From the IMG/VR virus record IMGVR_UViG_3300046171_000208, positions 37,694 through 101,693 of that record: DNA of 64,000 bases; one strand, written 5' to 3'. Numbering within the stretch: the first letter of the stretch is position 1; each line of letters opens with the position of its first letter. The position numbers and the translations under genes are program-made. The notes under the pieces are model-generated. The model was not told the origin of the DNA. It worked only from the letters and a program-made list of their open reading frames with translations, and searched no databases. The DNA comes from a virus. This document shows, piece after piece, positions 1-11,003 of the stretch.

Positions 1-7
1 ATGTATA

Positions 8-373
8 ATGCGGATTGGTTCTTCGAGTGGATATCAAACAGGTGGTTATTTTGATATAGGATATTACACTCAAGCTGGTGGTACACCAACTCGCACAAGA
101 GGACATAATCAAGGTCAATGGTATCCTCTTGATTATAATTTTACTAATAATTCTAATTTATACAGCGGTAAAATAGTGTTAACTCGAACTTTCAATCGTT
201 GGTCTTATCAAACATCCTGTGATGTAAGTTACAATGGTCAGAACACACAGTATGATGTCGGATGGAGAGGTCATAATCGTGATTTTTCATCATCATTAGA
301 TCGTGTAAATATGTATAATGATGGTGGTGGAACTTTCACTTCAGGGTATGTAACTATTTTAACACAATCATGA
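8..373 (+). CDS. C-terminal part of a virion/tail-fibre-associated protein (probably truncated at the window edge)
   Basis: Gly/Ser/Thr/aromatic-rich ORF; stop overlaps the next ATG (ATGA) within the fibre block. Confidence 0.5.
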   Translation: MRIGSSSGYQTGGYFDIGYYTQAGGTPTRTRGHNQGQWYPLDYNFTNNSNLYSGKIVLTRTFNRWSYQTSCDVSYNGQNTQYDVGWRGHNRDFSSSLDRVNMYNDGGGTFTSGYVTILTQS

Positions 374-1566
374 GTACATTAAAAGTAGACGCAATAAGAC
401 ACAATAGTGCAACGAGTGATGCAATCACAACAGTATCAGATGGAACTTGCACTGCAAAATTAACTTCGGTAGGAGGAGGACAACTCTCTCATCGCAACAT
501 CATAATCAACGGAGCCATGAACGTGGCCCAAAGGGGAGTGACATCAACCAATACTGGTTATCAAACTGTTGATAGATTCTCTTGTGGTGCTGGTGGTGTT
601 AATGAGGCTCCTACTTTCGCACAAGTTGATGTTGCAAATGGAACTACTCCATACACTTTAGGTTTTAGAAAATCATTAAAAATAACTAATGGAAATCAAA
701 CATCTCTTGATACTGGTGATGAAATTAATATAGTTTATAATATTGAAGCTCAAGATTTAATTGCAAGTGGTTGGAATTATAAGTCAAGTTCAAGTTTTGC
801 TACTTGGTCTTTTTGGATAAAATCGAGTGTTGCACAAAACTTTCGTGGTTATATAAGAACTTATGATAATACTGCAACAGCTTATGCTTTTGAAACAGGA
901 ACTCTATCAGCTAACACTTGGACAAAAATTGTAAGAACAATTCCTGGTAATTCTGGTTTAGATATTGATAATGATAATGGAACAGGACTTCAAATAAGAC
1001 TTTTAGCGTACATAGGCACTGCTTATACCGACAACTCAACACCTACACATTCATGGGTTACTTATAATAGTTCAGCAAGAACTCCAGACAATACTTCAAC
1101 TTGGTATCAAACAAATGATGCAACATTGGAGATCACAGGTTATCAATTTGAAGTCGGGGACACAGCAACCTCGTTCGAGCACCGTACCTATCAAGATGAA
1201 TTCTTGCGTTGCTGTAGATATTATCAACAATTAACTGGTGATGATAGAGGATATAATGGAGGTGGTAGTACTGGGTCATTTAAAAACTCAGTAATAGGAA
1301 TTTATAATTCAGCAACTGATGTAAGATGCATCTACTATCATATGGTTCCCATGAGAGATTCTCCTACTTTTACTTTGCTTGGTGCAGTGTCTGATTTTGA
1401 TCTTGAACCATTTGATCGTGCACCAAGTAGTATTGCATCAAATAGGATGAGCCCCTTTCAATCAACACTTCTCATAGCTGATAGCACAGGTGCTACTACA
1501 GGTAATGCTTGTCAACTTACAATTGACCAAGCAGCTGGAGGATTAGCATTTTCAGCAGAACTATAA
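370..1566 (+). CDS. tail-fibre-associated structural protein with carbohydrate-binding-like domain
   Basis: MSTLKVDAI start, RNIIINGAMNVAQRG...VDRF and QFEVGDTATSFEHR...CCRYYQ motifs typical of cyanophage fibre-tip proteins. Confidence 0.7.
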   Translation: MSTLKVDAIRHNSATSDAITTVSDGTCTAKLTSVGGGQLSHRNIIINGAMNVAQRGVTSTNTGYQTVDRFSCGAGGVNEAPTFAQVDVANGTTPYTLGFRKSLKITNGNQTSLDTGDEINIVYNIEAQDLIASGWNYKSSSSFATWSFWIKSSVAQNFRGYIRTYDNTATAYAFETGTLSANTWTKIVRTIPGNSGLDIDNDNGTGLQIRLLAYIGTAYTDNSTPTHSWVTYNSSARTPDNTSTWYQTNDATLEITGYQFEVGDTATSFEHRTYQDEFLRCCRYYQQLTGDDRGYNGGGSTGSFKNSVIGIYNSATDVRCIYYHMVPMRDSPTFTLLGAVSDFDLEPFDRAPSSIASNRMSPFQSTLLIADSTGATTGNACQLTIDQAAGGLAFSAEL

Positions 1567-1567
1567 C

Positions 1568-1596
1568 TTGACACTTTGAAAACCTTGATATATAAT
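1568..1596 (+). promoter_or_regulatory. sigma70-type promoter
   Basis: TTGACA-N17-TATAAT perfect consensus upstream of the ORF at 1619. Confidence 0.8.
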
Positions 1597-1618
1597 AAAG
1601 TCAAATATATTTTTAGTA

Positions 1619-1831
1619 ATGGCAACTGATCAACAAAATCATTTAAAGTCTGTAACAGAGCAAGCACAAGGTCTTGTGAATGAAATTAATCAACTCGAAG
1701 GACAAGCAAAATCAAAAAGAGATATGCTTTTAAAACTTCAAGGTATCATTGAATATCTACAACAAACTGGTGTTGAAATGCCTGTAGAAGAGGAACCAGA
1801 GGTTGCTCCTGCAGAACCAGTTGAATCTTGA
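1619..1831 (+). CDS. small coiled-coil hypothetical protein
   Basis: 70-aa ORF with its own promoter. Confidence 0.65.
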   Translation: MATDQQNHLKSVTEQAQGLVNEINQLEGQAKSKRDMLLKLQGIIEYLQQTGVEMPVEEEPEVAPAEPVES

Positions 1832-1832
1832 T

Positions 1833-1840
1833 TATAAATA
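1833..1840 (+). promoter_or_regulatory. T4-type late promoter
   Basis: TATAAATA 22 nt before the ATG at 1863. Confidence 0.8.
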
Positions 1841-1862
1841 AAAAGAAAGAGTTAAAATTTAG

Positions 1863-2264
1863 ATGCCATATATTGGTCGTCCGCAATCATCAGGTGCGTT
1901 TGCTAAACTTGATGATGTAAGTTCACAATTCAATAATAGTAAAACTGTTTTCAATTTAACGATTGGTAATCAAGCATTTTTTCCTGGCAATCCTTATACA
2001 TTATTAGTATCATTAGGTGGTGTTATTCAAGAACCAATAACATCATTCACAATTAATGATGACCAAATAACTTTTGCATCAGCACCACAATCTGGTGCTA
2101 ACTTTTTTTGTGTAGTCTTATCTACAACACTCAATACTGAACCATTAAAAACTCTAACTGTAGGAGCAAGGTCAGGGGCACAAACTCTTGATTTACATGG
2201 AAGAACATTAGCAATAGCAGATCGCTCTGGTACTAAACATACTATCGGTTTCAACCTCACATAA
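1863..2264 (+). CDS. virion structural protein (MPYIG family, baseplate/fibre connector-like)
   Basis: MPYIGR start, LDDVSSQFN, LLVSLGGVIQEP...ITFASAP module; late promoter. Confidence 0.7.
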   Translation: MPYIGRPQSSGAFAKLDDVSSQFNNSKTVFNLTIGNQAFFPGNPYTLLVSLGGVIQEPITSFTINDDQITFASAPQSGANFFCVVLSTTLNTEPLKTLTVGARSGAQTLDLHGRTLAIADRSGTKHTIGFNLT

Positions 2265-2289
2265 ATAAAAAGAAAGCTTTAACGATATA

Positions 2290-5200
2290 ATGGCGAATAG
2301 ATTTCCGTTAATACTGAATACGAGCTCCAATCAAATACAAGAGTTAGCATCTGGAGATACTCTTGACTTGACTGGATCTGGATTGAACTTGACTGGTATT
2401 ACTACATTATCTAGTTCTGCACAATTAAATTTACAAGGTGGTACAAACTTAAATACTGGTACAAGAGGAGATATATTATTTTATAATGCAAGTGGAACAA
2501 TACAAAAATTAAGTTTAGGTGCATCTGGAAAGGTATTAAAATCAAATGGTTCTGATTTAGTATATGGTGATACTGGTTCAATAGCAAATGTATATTATGT
2601 TTCTACAAGTGGTACAGATGCAAGTGGTTTTGGTTCTGCAATAGACAGACCATTTAGATCCATCAAATATGCAGTTGCTAATATTGGCACACCATCAGCA
2701 ACAGCACCTGCGATTATATTTGTAAAAGCAGGTGTATATGAAGAAGCACAATTGCCGATTGTAGTTCCTGCACATACAACTGTTGCAGGTGATAGTTTAA
2801 GAGCAACAATAGTTAAACCAGCATCTGGATTAGATTCAGGTGGTTCGATACAAAATAATCGTTCAACTCTATTCAAAATGAGTAATGCAAGTGTATTGCA
2901 GGATCTCGTGATGGATGGAATGGGTGGTTATACACCAGGAAGTCCAAATTATAAACCAGAAAGTGCAACAGTTGGTGGTGTCTATCTCGCATTAAACAAT
3001 GCAAGTCCAGTCTTAACGAAGTCACCATATATTTACAACGTAACATCATTTGGTAATGGTGCAACTGGTGCTGTATTAGATGGTTCAGTACATGCGAGTG
3101 GTAATCGTAGTATGTTATTCCATACTTATACTGCTGTACATAGTGATGGATTAGGTATTTGGTTGAAAGCAAATGCGAACGCAGAATTAATATCAACATT
3201 TACATATTATTGTACGATTGGTCTTGCTGTTACAGGTGGTTCAAAGATAAGATCTCTTAACTCAAGTAATGCTTATGGAGAGTATGGTGTTTATTCTGCT
3301 GGATTCGATTCAGGAGAAACAGCAAACTCTGGAACAATTAAAGGACAGATGCTTGTTTATACAAACGTCCTTACAACATCGTTTACAGATGGTGAACAAG
3401 TAACTGGTGGAACATCAGGTGCAACTGCTTACGTTGTAAACGTACAGGCAGAACCGAAGAGAATGTATATTGTTCAAAGGTCTGGAACATTCCAGTCAAA
3501 TGAAACAGTTACAGGTGGAAGTTCTGGTGCAACTGCAACGATGACATCAGGAACTGCAACAGTCAATCAGTCAGGAAGAATACTTGTAACAACATTTTCA
3601 ACTGCACCTGATGCTGGTGACTCTCTCCAATTTGCATCCACAGATGGTAATGCATATCAAATTCAATCAGTAAGTTCCGTAACTGCAAATAGTGTTGCAT
3701 ATAAGATATTAGTATTTTCAACATCAAGAGCAACTGCAGTCGCAGCAGATGTTGCAGTACACGCACGAAAGGAATATAGTCTTGCAAGATTAACTGGTCA
3801 CGATTTCCTACAAGTAGGTACTGGTGGAACTGATACAACTAACTGGCCAAATAATCCAACACAATCTCCCGCACAAGCAGATCAAATAGTTACAAACGAA
3901 ACCGATCCTGGTCGTGTTTACTATACTGCAACTGATGATTTAGGTAACTTCTATGTTGGAGATCAATTTAAAGTAGACCAAGCAACAGGTAATGTTACTT
4001 TGGATGCGTCTGCATTTAACTTATCTGGTCTTGAATCATTAAGACTTGGTTCAGTTGGTGGTTTGATTGGTGCTGCTGTTGGTGAGTTCTCAACAGATAT
4101 CACTATGTCACAGAATAGTGATACAAAAGTTTCAACACAGAAAGCAGTTAAGACATATGTTGATACACTAGATGACATCACTCCAACTGGTGGAACATTT
4201 ACACTTGCTGGCATATCCACAGTCACAGGAACTACACAATTTACAAAGCAATTAAACGTATCTGGTGTTTCTACATTCCACGGTAATGTAAATCTATTAG
4301 ATGGAGATCGTCTTCGTGTCGGAAGTTCGGAAGATTTACAAATATATCATGATTCAAATCACTCATACATCGCAGAAAATGGTGGTGGTGACTTAAAGAT
4401 ACAAGCAAGTGCTGGTAGTATATTCATACAAAAATCTACTGGCGAAGAGATGATCAAAGCGACTGTCGATGGTTCAGTCGAATTGTATCATAATGATATT
4501 GTTAGATTAACCACTACATCAACGGGTGTGAGTATCGGTGGTTCTTTAACAGTTCCTGGTAATGTATCAATTGGTGGAACATTAACATATGAAGATGTAA
4601 CAAATATTGATTCTGTAGGAGTTGTAACAGCGAGAAGTGGTGTAATTTCACCTTATGCTGATATTGATGACTTTATAAGTGTAGGTAGTAATATTCATCT
4701 TGGTAATGCAGGAGTATGTACTGCAACAACATTTAGCGGTTCTGGTGCGTCTTTAACTAATTTAAATGGTTCTAATATTGCATCAGGAACTGTTCCTGTT
4801 GCACGTATTGGAACTGGAACCAAGAGCACTTCAACATTCTATCGTGGTGATGGTACGTTTGCTACAGTTACTCCACCTGCAATTACTACAATCAATAGTG
4901 CATCTAATAATCGAATAGTTACATCTGATGGTGGAACAACTGTAACCGCTGAAGCAGATATAACCTATAATGGTACTTCTTTAGGTTTAGCTGCTGGTAA
5001 AGATATTAGACTTACAACTGGAACTTGGACAGGAGAAGTAGCTGGTAAGATACAATATCATTCAAATAAAATGTATTTCCAAGGTGGTACTAGTGGACAT
5101 CAATTAAGAGATCCTTCTGGAGGCACTACATTTGAAATAGGCACTACTGGTACCTGTGCTGGAGTGAATCTTACACTGGGTCAAGATGTCACATTTAACG

Positions 5201-5610
5201 GTGGAGCTGGTGCTGTAACTGTTAATGCTAATAGTGATATTAGACTTTCTAGTGGAAGCTGGACAGGAGAGGCTACAAAAATTCAACATCATGCTGACCA
5301 TTTATACTTACAAGGTGGTTCTGGTACTTATGGAATTATTTTTAGAGATCACGCTGGAACAGATAGGTGGTCAATACTAGATAGTGGTAACTTACACCCT
5401 ATGGCTAACAACAGTTACGATATAGGTTCTTCATCAAACAGAGTAAGAAACATCTATACTATGGATTTACAATTAAGTAATGAAGGTAGTAAAAATGATG
5501 TCGATGGAACTTGGGGAGATTTCACAATTCAAGAAGGTGAAAGTGATTTATTCCTAATAAATAAACGTAATGGTAAAAAGTATAAATTTAATCTAACAGA
5601 GGTTTCATAA
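2290..5610 (+). CDS. long tail fibre/tailspike protein with pectin-lyase-like beta-helix region
   Basis: VYYVSTSGTD...PFRSIKYA, IFVKAGVYEE, GDSLRATIV; fibre modules LTYEDVTNIDSVG and DGSVELYHN; C-terminal DLQLSNEG...GTWGDFTIQEGESDLFLIN motif. Confidence 0.8.
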   Translation: MANRFPLILNTSSNQIQELASGDTLDLTGSGLNLTGITTLSSSAQLNLQGGTNLNTGTRGDILFYNASGTIQKLSLGASGKVLKSNGSDLVYGDTGSIANVYYVSTSGTDASGFGSAIDRPFRSIKYAVANIGTPSATAPAIIFVKAGVYEEAQLPIVVPAHTTVAGDSLRATIVKPASGLDSGGSIQNNRSTLFKMSNASVLQDLVMDGMGGYTPGSPNYKPESATVGGVYLALNNASPVLTKSPYIYNVTSFGNGATGAVLDGSVHASGNRSMLFHTYTAVHSDGLGIWLKANANAELISTFTYYCTIGLAVTGGSKIRSLNSSNAYGEYGVYSAGFDSGETANSGTIKGQMLVYTNVLTTSFTDGEQVTGGTSGATAYVVNVQAEPKRMYIVQRSGTFQSNETVTGGSSGATATMTSGTATVNQSGRILVTTFSTAPDAGDSLQFASTDGNAYQIQSVSSVTANSVAYKILVFSTSRATAVAADVAVHARKEYSLARLTGHDFLQVGTGGTDTTNWPNNPTQSPAQADQIVTNETDPGRVYYTATDDLGNFYVGDQFKVDQATGNVTLDASAFNLSGLESLRLGSVGGLIGAAVGEFSTDITMSQNSDTKVSTQKAVKTYVDTLDDITPTGGTFTLAGISTVTGTTQFTKQLNVSGVSTFHGNVNLLDGDRLRVGSSEDLQIYHDSNHSYIAENGGGDLKIQASAGSIFIQKSTGEEMIKATVDGSVELYHNDIVRLTTTSTGVSIGGSLTVPGNVSIGGTLTYEDVTNIDSVGVVTARSGVISPYADIDDFISVGSNIHLGNAGVCTATTFSGSGASLTNLNGSNIASGTVPVARIGTGTKSTSTFYRGDGTFATVTPPAITTINSASNNRIVTSDGGTTVTAEADITYNGTSLGLAAGKDIRLTTGTWTGEVAGKIQYHSNKMYFQGGTSGHQLRDPSGGTTFEIGTTGTCAGVNLTLGQDVTFNGGAGAVTVNANSDIRLSSGSWTGEATKIQHHADHLYLQGGSGTYGIIFRDHAGTDRWSILDSGNLHPMANNSYDIGSSSNRVRNIYTMDLQLSNEGSKNDVDGTWGDFTIQEGESDLFLINKRNGKKYKFNLTEVS

Positions 5611-6203
5611 TGGGGATAAATTTTTCAAACGGTACAATGGATTATCCGTCGTATGTTTATCATACGGTTTATGTGCAGGATAATACGAGAGAAAGTTTTA
5701 GTAATGGTACCTCTAGTAGAGCGTTAGATCGTTATCAACTAAACAATATAAAAGTTGCCACTACAACTGATATAGTTCATCTTGATTGTAGAATTTATAA
5801 TCAGTTTGACGATCACGATGATGAATTTGGATACTCTTGGGAATACAAGAATAGTGGTGGTGGTTGGACAGAAATTAATCAAAATAAAACTAGAGGTATT
5901 GATATAAACAGTAGAACAGGATTCGCTGGTCACGGTACTCATGACCGTCTTCATTCTAGATACGGTGGACATACATATAGTTGGGGAATAATTTGGAAAC
6001 CAGGAAGCATATCAGGTGTTTCACCTGGTGCAATCGATGTCAGACCCTTCATTAAATGTCATGGTAATACAGGTCACACTATGCGTATAAATCATTTTGA
6101 TGATGGATACAATGGTAATAATAGTGAATGGAATAGAGCATCATCAAGTTGGGCTATGGCAGTAGTTTACAGTACAAACGGAGTTATAGATGACACGAAC
6201 TAG
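5610..6203 (+). CDS. tail-fibre-associated protein
   Basis: MGINFSNGT start, translationally coupled to the fibre gene. Confidence 0.6.
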   Translation: MGINFSNGTMDYPSYVYHTVYVQDNTRESFSNGTSSRALDRYQLNNIKVATTTDIVHLDCRIYNQFDDHDDEFGYSWEYKNSGGGWTEINQNKTRGIDINSRTGFAGHGTHDRLHSRYGGHTYSWGIIWKPGSISGVSPGAIDVRPFIKCHGNTGHTMRINHFDDGYNGNNSEWNRASSSWAMAVVYSTNGVIDDTN

Positions 6204-6546
6204 AATCGACATGATAACTGCCATAAAATTGGTGGTTGATTTAAAAAAAGAGGAATGGAATGGTTTCGCTGTTATAGAACCTGATGATGGATTTTGGTCT
6301 GATTTTACAGATGAACAGTGGAATACTTATGTCACGATACCTGCTAGTTCAACAGTGACTGCTGTTGATGTTAGGGCAAATTTAGATACACATATTTCTA
6401 ATTTAAATCTTAATGTGGTAAGGGAAAATCGTAGATCTGAATATCCTTCAATAGAGGATCAATTAGATGTGATTTATCATAGTGGAATAGATGCGTGGAA
6501 ATCAAAAATTAAAGAAACAAAAGATAAGTATCCAAAATCATCATAA
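6190..6546 (+). CDS. putative tail fibre assembly/chaperone protein
   Basis: C-terminal RRSEYPSIEDQLD...KDKYPK motif common to small proteins after cyanophage fibres. Confidence 0.65.
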   Translation: MTRTRIDMITAIKLVVDLKKEEWNGFAVIEPDDGFWSDFTDEQWNTYVTIPASSTVTAVDVRANLDTHISNLNLNVVRENRRSEYPSIEDQLDVIYHSGIDAWKSKIKETKDKYPKSS

Positions 6547-6552
6547 AAAATA

Positions 6553-9500
6553 ATGCCTTATATTGGTCGAAATCATATAGCGGGTGATCACACAAGCAAT
6601 TTCAAAGTGTTAGATGACATCTCATCTTATACTGCGACTTTTGATGGTTCATCAACTAATGTAGTATCTACTGCAAATGAAACATTAAGAATAGTAGAAC
6701 ATCGTTTCATACAAGGACAGAGAGTAACATATACAAATGGTGGTGGTGGAAATATTGGTGGTTTAACAACAGGTACAGCATACTTCGTTACCCTTGATAC
6801 TCATAATACAATAAAGTTAGCAACAAGTTTAGCAAACGCAAATAGTAATACAAATATAAATTTATCATCTGTTGGTAGTGGTTCATCTCACACATTGACT
6901 GCTGCTTTTGATGGTGTTAATCAAAATTTTAAAGCAACTCATAGTGGTGGTTCTGATGTAAGAATTAATAATTCAACTCAATTACAAATTGCAATCAATA
7001 ATGTAATTCAAAAACCAAATAATAATTCATCATATACTGAAGGTTTTAGAGTTGTTGATCGTGAAAAAATACAATTTAAAACTGCTCCTACATCAAATGA
7101 TGTATTTTGGGGAACTGTAATTTCAAATACGATTGAATCATTTGATATAAGTGATCATACAGTTGATAATTTTACTGGTGATGGTAGTACTACTCAATTT
7201 TCACTTTCAAAAGATGTTCCAAATACTCAAAGTTTACTGGTTACTCTAGATGGTGTCACACAACATTCAAGCGATAAGTCAACAACAAGATCATACAGTT
7301 TAATTACTGATAATACACTTCAATTTACAGCAGCACCAGGTAATGGTGTTGAAATACAAGTTAAACATCTTGGATTTGCTGGAGCCGCAACTGGAGGAGT
7401 TTCTGGTTTTTATGGAAGAACTGGCAATGTTACACTTACTTCTAGTGATCATATTACAACTGGAGACATCACACCTAGAAATATAAATGCATCAGGAATT
7501 GTTACCGCATCTACTTTTAGTGGTGGTTTTTCAGGTAACATAGTAGGAACATCTGCAACATTTACTGGTAATCTATCAGTCGGTGGTGTATTGACATATG
7601 AAGATGTAACTAACGTAGATTCAGTTGGCATTATAACAGCACAAAAAGATATTCACGTTGGTGCTGGTGTTTCTGCTGTTGGTGTAGGAACTTTTGGTAG
7701 TTTAGATATAAGTGGGGATATAGATGTAGATGGTCATACAAATTTAGATAATTTAAGTGTTGCTGGTGTTACCACTATGAGTGGAAATTTAGAACTAAGT
7801 TCTGGTTTTCCAAAAATAACATTTACTGATACTAACAATGATTCCGATTATGAAATAGCTAATGCCAATGGATTATTTCGTATCAGAGATGCTAGTAATT
7901 CAGTTGATAGACTTACTATCGCAGCAAATGGTGATGTTACCATAAATCAAGACCAAAGAGTACAAGAAAATCTTACTGTCGATGGTGATATAGACGTAGA
8001 TGGACATACAAATTTAGATAACGTAAGTGTCGCTGGTATAACCACGATGACTGGTAATTTACATGTCGCTAATAGTCAGCCATCAATTTACCTTAATGAT
8101 CTTGATAGTGAAAATGATTATTCATTAATGAATAATAATGGTACTTTTGTAATAAGAGATAATGATAGAGGTGTCAACGCATATGAATTATTGGCAAATG
8201 GCACTAATAAATTTAATGGACTAGTTAATATTGTAAATGGTTTAAATATTGATACAGATTTAGATGTAGATGGTCATACAAATTTAGATAATGTAAACAT
8301 TGTCGGTGTCACTACTGCTGCTGGTAATGTTCACGTTGGAACTGGTGTCACAATTGAAACAAATGGTCAGGCAACCTTTGTTGGTGTTGTCACCTTCGGT
8401 TCAGGTTCAACTACGATTGATAATAATGTAGTAAATGTTGGAACAGCATTAACAATAGGACATACACAGGGTTTACAGTTTCATACACAAAATTTACACT
8501 CTGCAGGATTTGAAGTAAATCAAATTAATTCTTCAGGAATTATTACAGCATCATCGTTCAGTGGTTCAGTTGCTGCATCTAATTTAACAGGAACAGTTCC
8601 TACTGCTAGATTGGGTTCTGGAACTGCTAATAACACCACATTCTTGAGAGGAGACTCAACATTCCAAACTGTTGTTACAGATTTAGTTAATGATAGTTCA
8701 CCGCAACTAGGAGCTAACTTAGATACTAATACCAAATGTATTGATTTTGGAGATAGTAATACTGGTACAGTTAATCGTTTAAGATTTGGAGCTAGCACAG
8801 ATTTAGAAATATTTCATAATGGTACGAACAATCATATTGACTGTCATACTGCTGGACAAGATCTTTATATAAGACCCACCAAAGATGTTTATATTCAGGA
8901 TTATAGCACTGATGATATTCATATAAAAATGATAAAAGATGGAGCCGTAGAATTATATCACAACAACGTTAAAAAGCTTGAAACAGGAGCAGATAGAGTA
9001 AGTTTCTATGGTCATGTAACTATAGCAGATGGCTCTGCATTGTTTATACAGAATGGTTTTACAAATGCTTCGGTTCAAATGAGAAACTCTGGTGGTTCTA
9101 CTGATGGAAACTTTGAATTTCTTGTAAGAGATGGTGGAGGTTCATTAGTTGAAGCATTAGAAATTACAAAAGATGCTCATATACGAATACCAAATGATAA
9201 TAAAAGATTAAAACTTGGAGCTGGTGATGATTTTGAAATCTTCCATGATGGTACAACGAATAGATTCCAAAGTAATGGATTAAAAAATTTCCAATTTAAT
9301 CCTAAAGATACTGATGTAGGATTAAAAATTATCGGAGATGGAGCCGTTGAACTCTACCATGATGGTACAAAGAAGGCTGAAACGGTTTCGGGTGGGTTTA
9401 CAATTTCAGGAACTTGTACTGCTACTGCATTTAGTGGTGATGGCTCAAATCTAAGTGGAGTTGCTGCATTTCCTGCTGGAACCCGAATGCTATTCCAACA

Positions 9501-9909
9501 ATCATCAGCACCAACTGGATGGACAAAAGTAACTTCTGGAGTTGAAAACAAAGCTCTAAGAATTACCACTGGTACTGTTGGTAGTGGTGGTAGTAATAAT
9601 TTTACAAGTGTTTTAAACAACAATGTTAGTAGTGGTGGTTCTGGATCTGTATCTGCACATACAGTATCAGAAAATGAATTGCCGAATCACAGACATAATG
9701 TTGATACATATAATGAATTTGGTAACAGATATAGCAACTGGACTACTGAAGGTGGATATAGACAGGCACACGCTCACGGTACTAGAAGACCTCCATACAC
9801 ATCTTACAGTGGTGGTGGTAATTCACACAATCACTCATTCTCTTTCTCTGCTGGAACATTTAACTTGAATGTTCAGTATGAAGATGTTATAATAGCAGCA
9901 AAGAATTAA
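6553..9909 (+). CDS. tail fibre protein
   Basis: MPYIGR start, FTGDGSTTQFSL, LTYEDVTNVDSVG, three DVDGHTNLDN repeats, C-terminal collar-like FPAGTRMLFQQSSAPTGWTK and HxH tip motifs. Confidence 0.85.
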   Translation: MPYIGRNHIAGDHTSNFKVLDDISSYTATFDGSSTNVVSTANETLRIVEHRFIQGQRVTYTNGGGGNIGGLTTGTAYFVTLDTHNTIKLATSLANANSNTNINLSSVGSGSSHTLTAAFDGVNQNFKATHSGGSDVRINNSTQLQIAINNVIQKPNNNSSYTEGFRVVDREKIQFKTAPTSNDVFWGTVISNTIESFDISDHTVDNFTGDGSTTQFSLSKDVPNTQSLLVTLDGVTQHSSDKSTTRSYSLITDNTLQFTAAPGNGVEIQVKHLGFAGAATGGVSGFYGRTGNVTLTSSDHITTGDITPRNINASGIVTASTFSGGFSGNIVGTSATFTGNLSVGGVLTYEDVTNVDSVGIITAQKDIHVGAGVSAVGVGTFGSLDISGDIDVDGHTNLDNLSVAGVTTMSGNLELSSGFPKITFTDTNNDSDYEIANANGLFRIRDASNSVDRLTIAANGDVTINQDQRVQENLTVDGDIDVDGHTNLDNVSVAGITTMTGNLHVANSQPSIYLNDLDSENDYSLMNNNGTFVIRDNDRGVNAYELLANGTNKFNGLVNIVNGLNIDTDLDVDGHTNLDNVNIVGVTTAAGNVHVGTGVTIETNGQATFVGVVTFGSGSTTIDNNVVNVGTALTIGHTQGLQFHTQNLHSAGFEVNQINSSGIITASSFSGSVAASNLTGTVPTARLGSGTANNTTFLRGDSTFQTVVTDLVNDSSPQLGANLDTNTKCIDFGDSNTGTVNRLRFGASTDLEIFHNGTNNHIDCHTAGQDLYIRPTKDVYIQDYSTDDIHIKMIKDGAVELYHNNVKKLETGADRVSFYGHVTIADGSALFIQNGFTNASVQMRNSGGSTDGNFEFLVRDGGGSLVEALEITKDAHIRIPNDNKRLKLGAGDDFEIFHDGTTNRFQSNGLKNFQFNPKDTDVGLKIIGDGAVELYHDGTKKAETVSGGFTISGTCTATAFSGDGSNLSGVAAFPAGTRMLFQQSSAPTGWTKVTSGVENKALRITTGTVGSGGSNNFTSVLNNNVSSGGSGSVSAHTVSENELPNHRHNVDTYNEFGNRYSNWTTEGGYRQAHAHGTRRPPYTSYSGGGNSHNHSFSFSAGTFNLNVQYEDVIIAAKN
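7721..8292 (+). repeat. three intragenic repeats with exact 270-bp (90-aa) period
   Basis: TAGA(T/C)GTAGATGG(T/A)CATACAAATTTAGATAA at 7721, 7991 and 8261. Confidence 0.85.
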
Positions 9910-9928
9910 TTATTTTATAAAATTTGGT

Positions 9929-10240
9929 ATGAAACTTGAAGTTGGTAAATTTTGTCCTCTAATTGGAAAAGATTGTATAGGTATGGAATGCTCTTGGTTC
10001 ACTCAAGTTAGAGGTAGACATCCACAAACTGGAGAAGAAATTGATGAATGGGGTTGTGCAGTTACTTGGATGCCCGTTCTTTTGATAGATAATACTCAAC
10101 AACAAAGACAAACAGGTGCTGCTGTTGAATCATTTAGAAATGAAACTGTAAAAAAACTACAAGATTCGGTTACTCAAATGAAAATAAAAAACTCAAGTAA
10201 CACTAATAGTTTTGACATAAATAAATTGAAGGAAGTATAA
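9929..10240 (+). CDS. Cys-rich fibre-associated hypothetical protein
   Basis: CPLIGKDCIGMECSWF...WGCAV...QTGAAVESFRNE. Confidence 0.65.
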   Translation: MKLEVGKFCPLIGKDCIGMECSWFTQVRGRHPQTGEEIDEWGCAVTWMPVLLIDNTQQQRQTGAAVESFRNETVKKLQDSVTQMKIKNSSNTNSFDINKLKEV

Positions 10241-10252
10241 GATAAAAAAAAA

Positions 10253-10711
10253 ATGAACACTTCATTAACTATATTAGTACCAGATAGATTTATTAGCATT
10301 GGAGGAACAGGAATAACTGGAATTACTACAGATTTATCTTGGATACCAAGTGATGTATGGGCGGTTCAGTGGAATGGTTCTACAGGACATATAGAATATA
10401 ATGATGGGAAGAATAATTTAGATATCAATGATATAGGAATATATTCACAAGCTCAGACTTCATATGATAATGAATTAAGTTGTATTGCAAATGATCCAAA
10501 TTCTTATGATAACAATGTAACTTATCAATGGGAAGTTTTGAGAAATGAAAGAGATGATTTATTATTAATGTCGGATTTTAGTCAATTAGAAGATGTTGGA
10601 TTCACAACCAGTAAAAAAGCAGAGTGGATTGCATATAGAAAATCACTTCGTGATATGCCATTGAACACAAGTGATCCAAAAAATCCTACTTGGCCAACAA
10701 AACCTTCATAG
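10253..10711 (+). CDS. tail fibre assembly chaperone
   Basis: LRNERDDLL...SDF...W..YRKSLRDMP...WPTKP motif. Confidence 0.75.
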   Translation: MNTSLTILVPDRFISIGGTGITGITTDLSWIPSDVWAVQWNGSTGHIEYNDGKNNLDINDIGIYSQAQTSYDNELSCIANDPNSYDNNVTYQWEVLRNERDDLLLMSDFSQLEDVGFTTSKKAEWIAYRKSLRDMPLNTSDPKNPTWPTKPS

Positions 10712-10763
10712 TGTGATATAATAAGAAAACATTAAATTTATAAATCATTATTTAACAAGACAT

Positions 10764-11003
10764 ATGAACTTCGCAGTTTATTCAAAAGAGAGTTGCCCAT
10801 ATTGTGATAAAATCAAACAAGTATTAGACTTGACAAAAACCAGTTATGTAGTGTATAATTTAAATGAACACTTTGATCGTAATTCATTTGAGGATGAATT
10901 TGGTCAAGGATCAACCTTTCCACAAGTGGTGGTTGATGGTAAAAAACTAGGAGGTTGTTCTGACACAATCGAATTCTTGCGAGAAAACCAAATCGCAAAA
11001 TAA
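10764..11003 (+). CDS. nrdC: glutaredoxin
   Basis: CPYC active site, TFPQV and LGG motifs. Confidence 0.92.
   Translation: MNFAVYSKESCPYCDKIKQVLDLTKTSYVVYNLNEHFDRNSFEDEFGQGSTFPQVVVDGKKLGGCSDTIEFLRENQIAK

Noticed and set aside
370-10711. Diversity-generating retroelement or invertase shufflon acting on fibres
   Set aside because: No reverse transcriptase, recombinase, adenine-specific TR/VR pair or inverted cassettes seen
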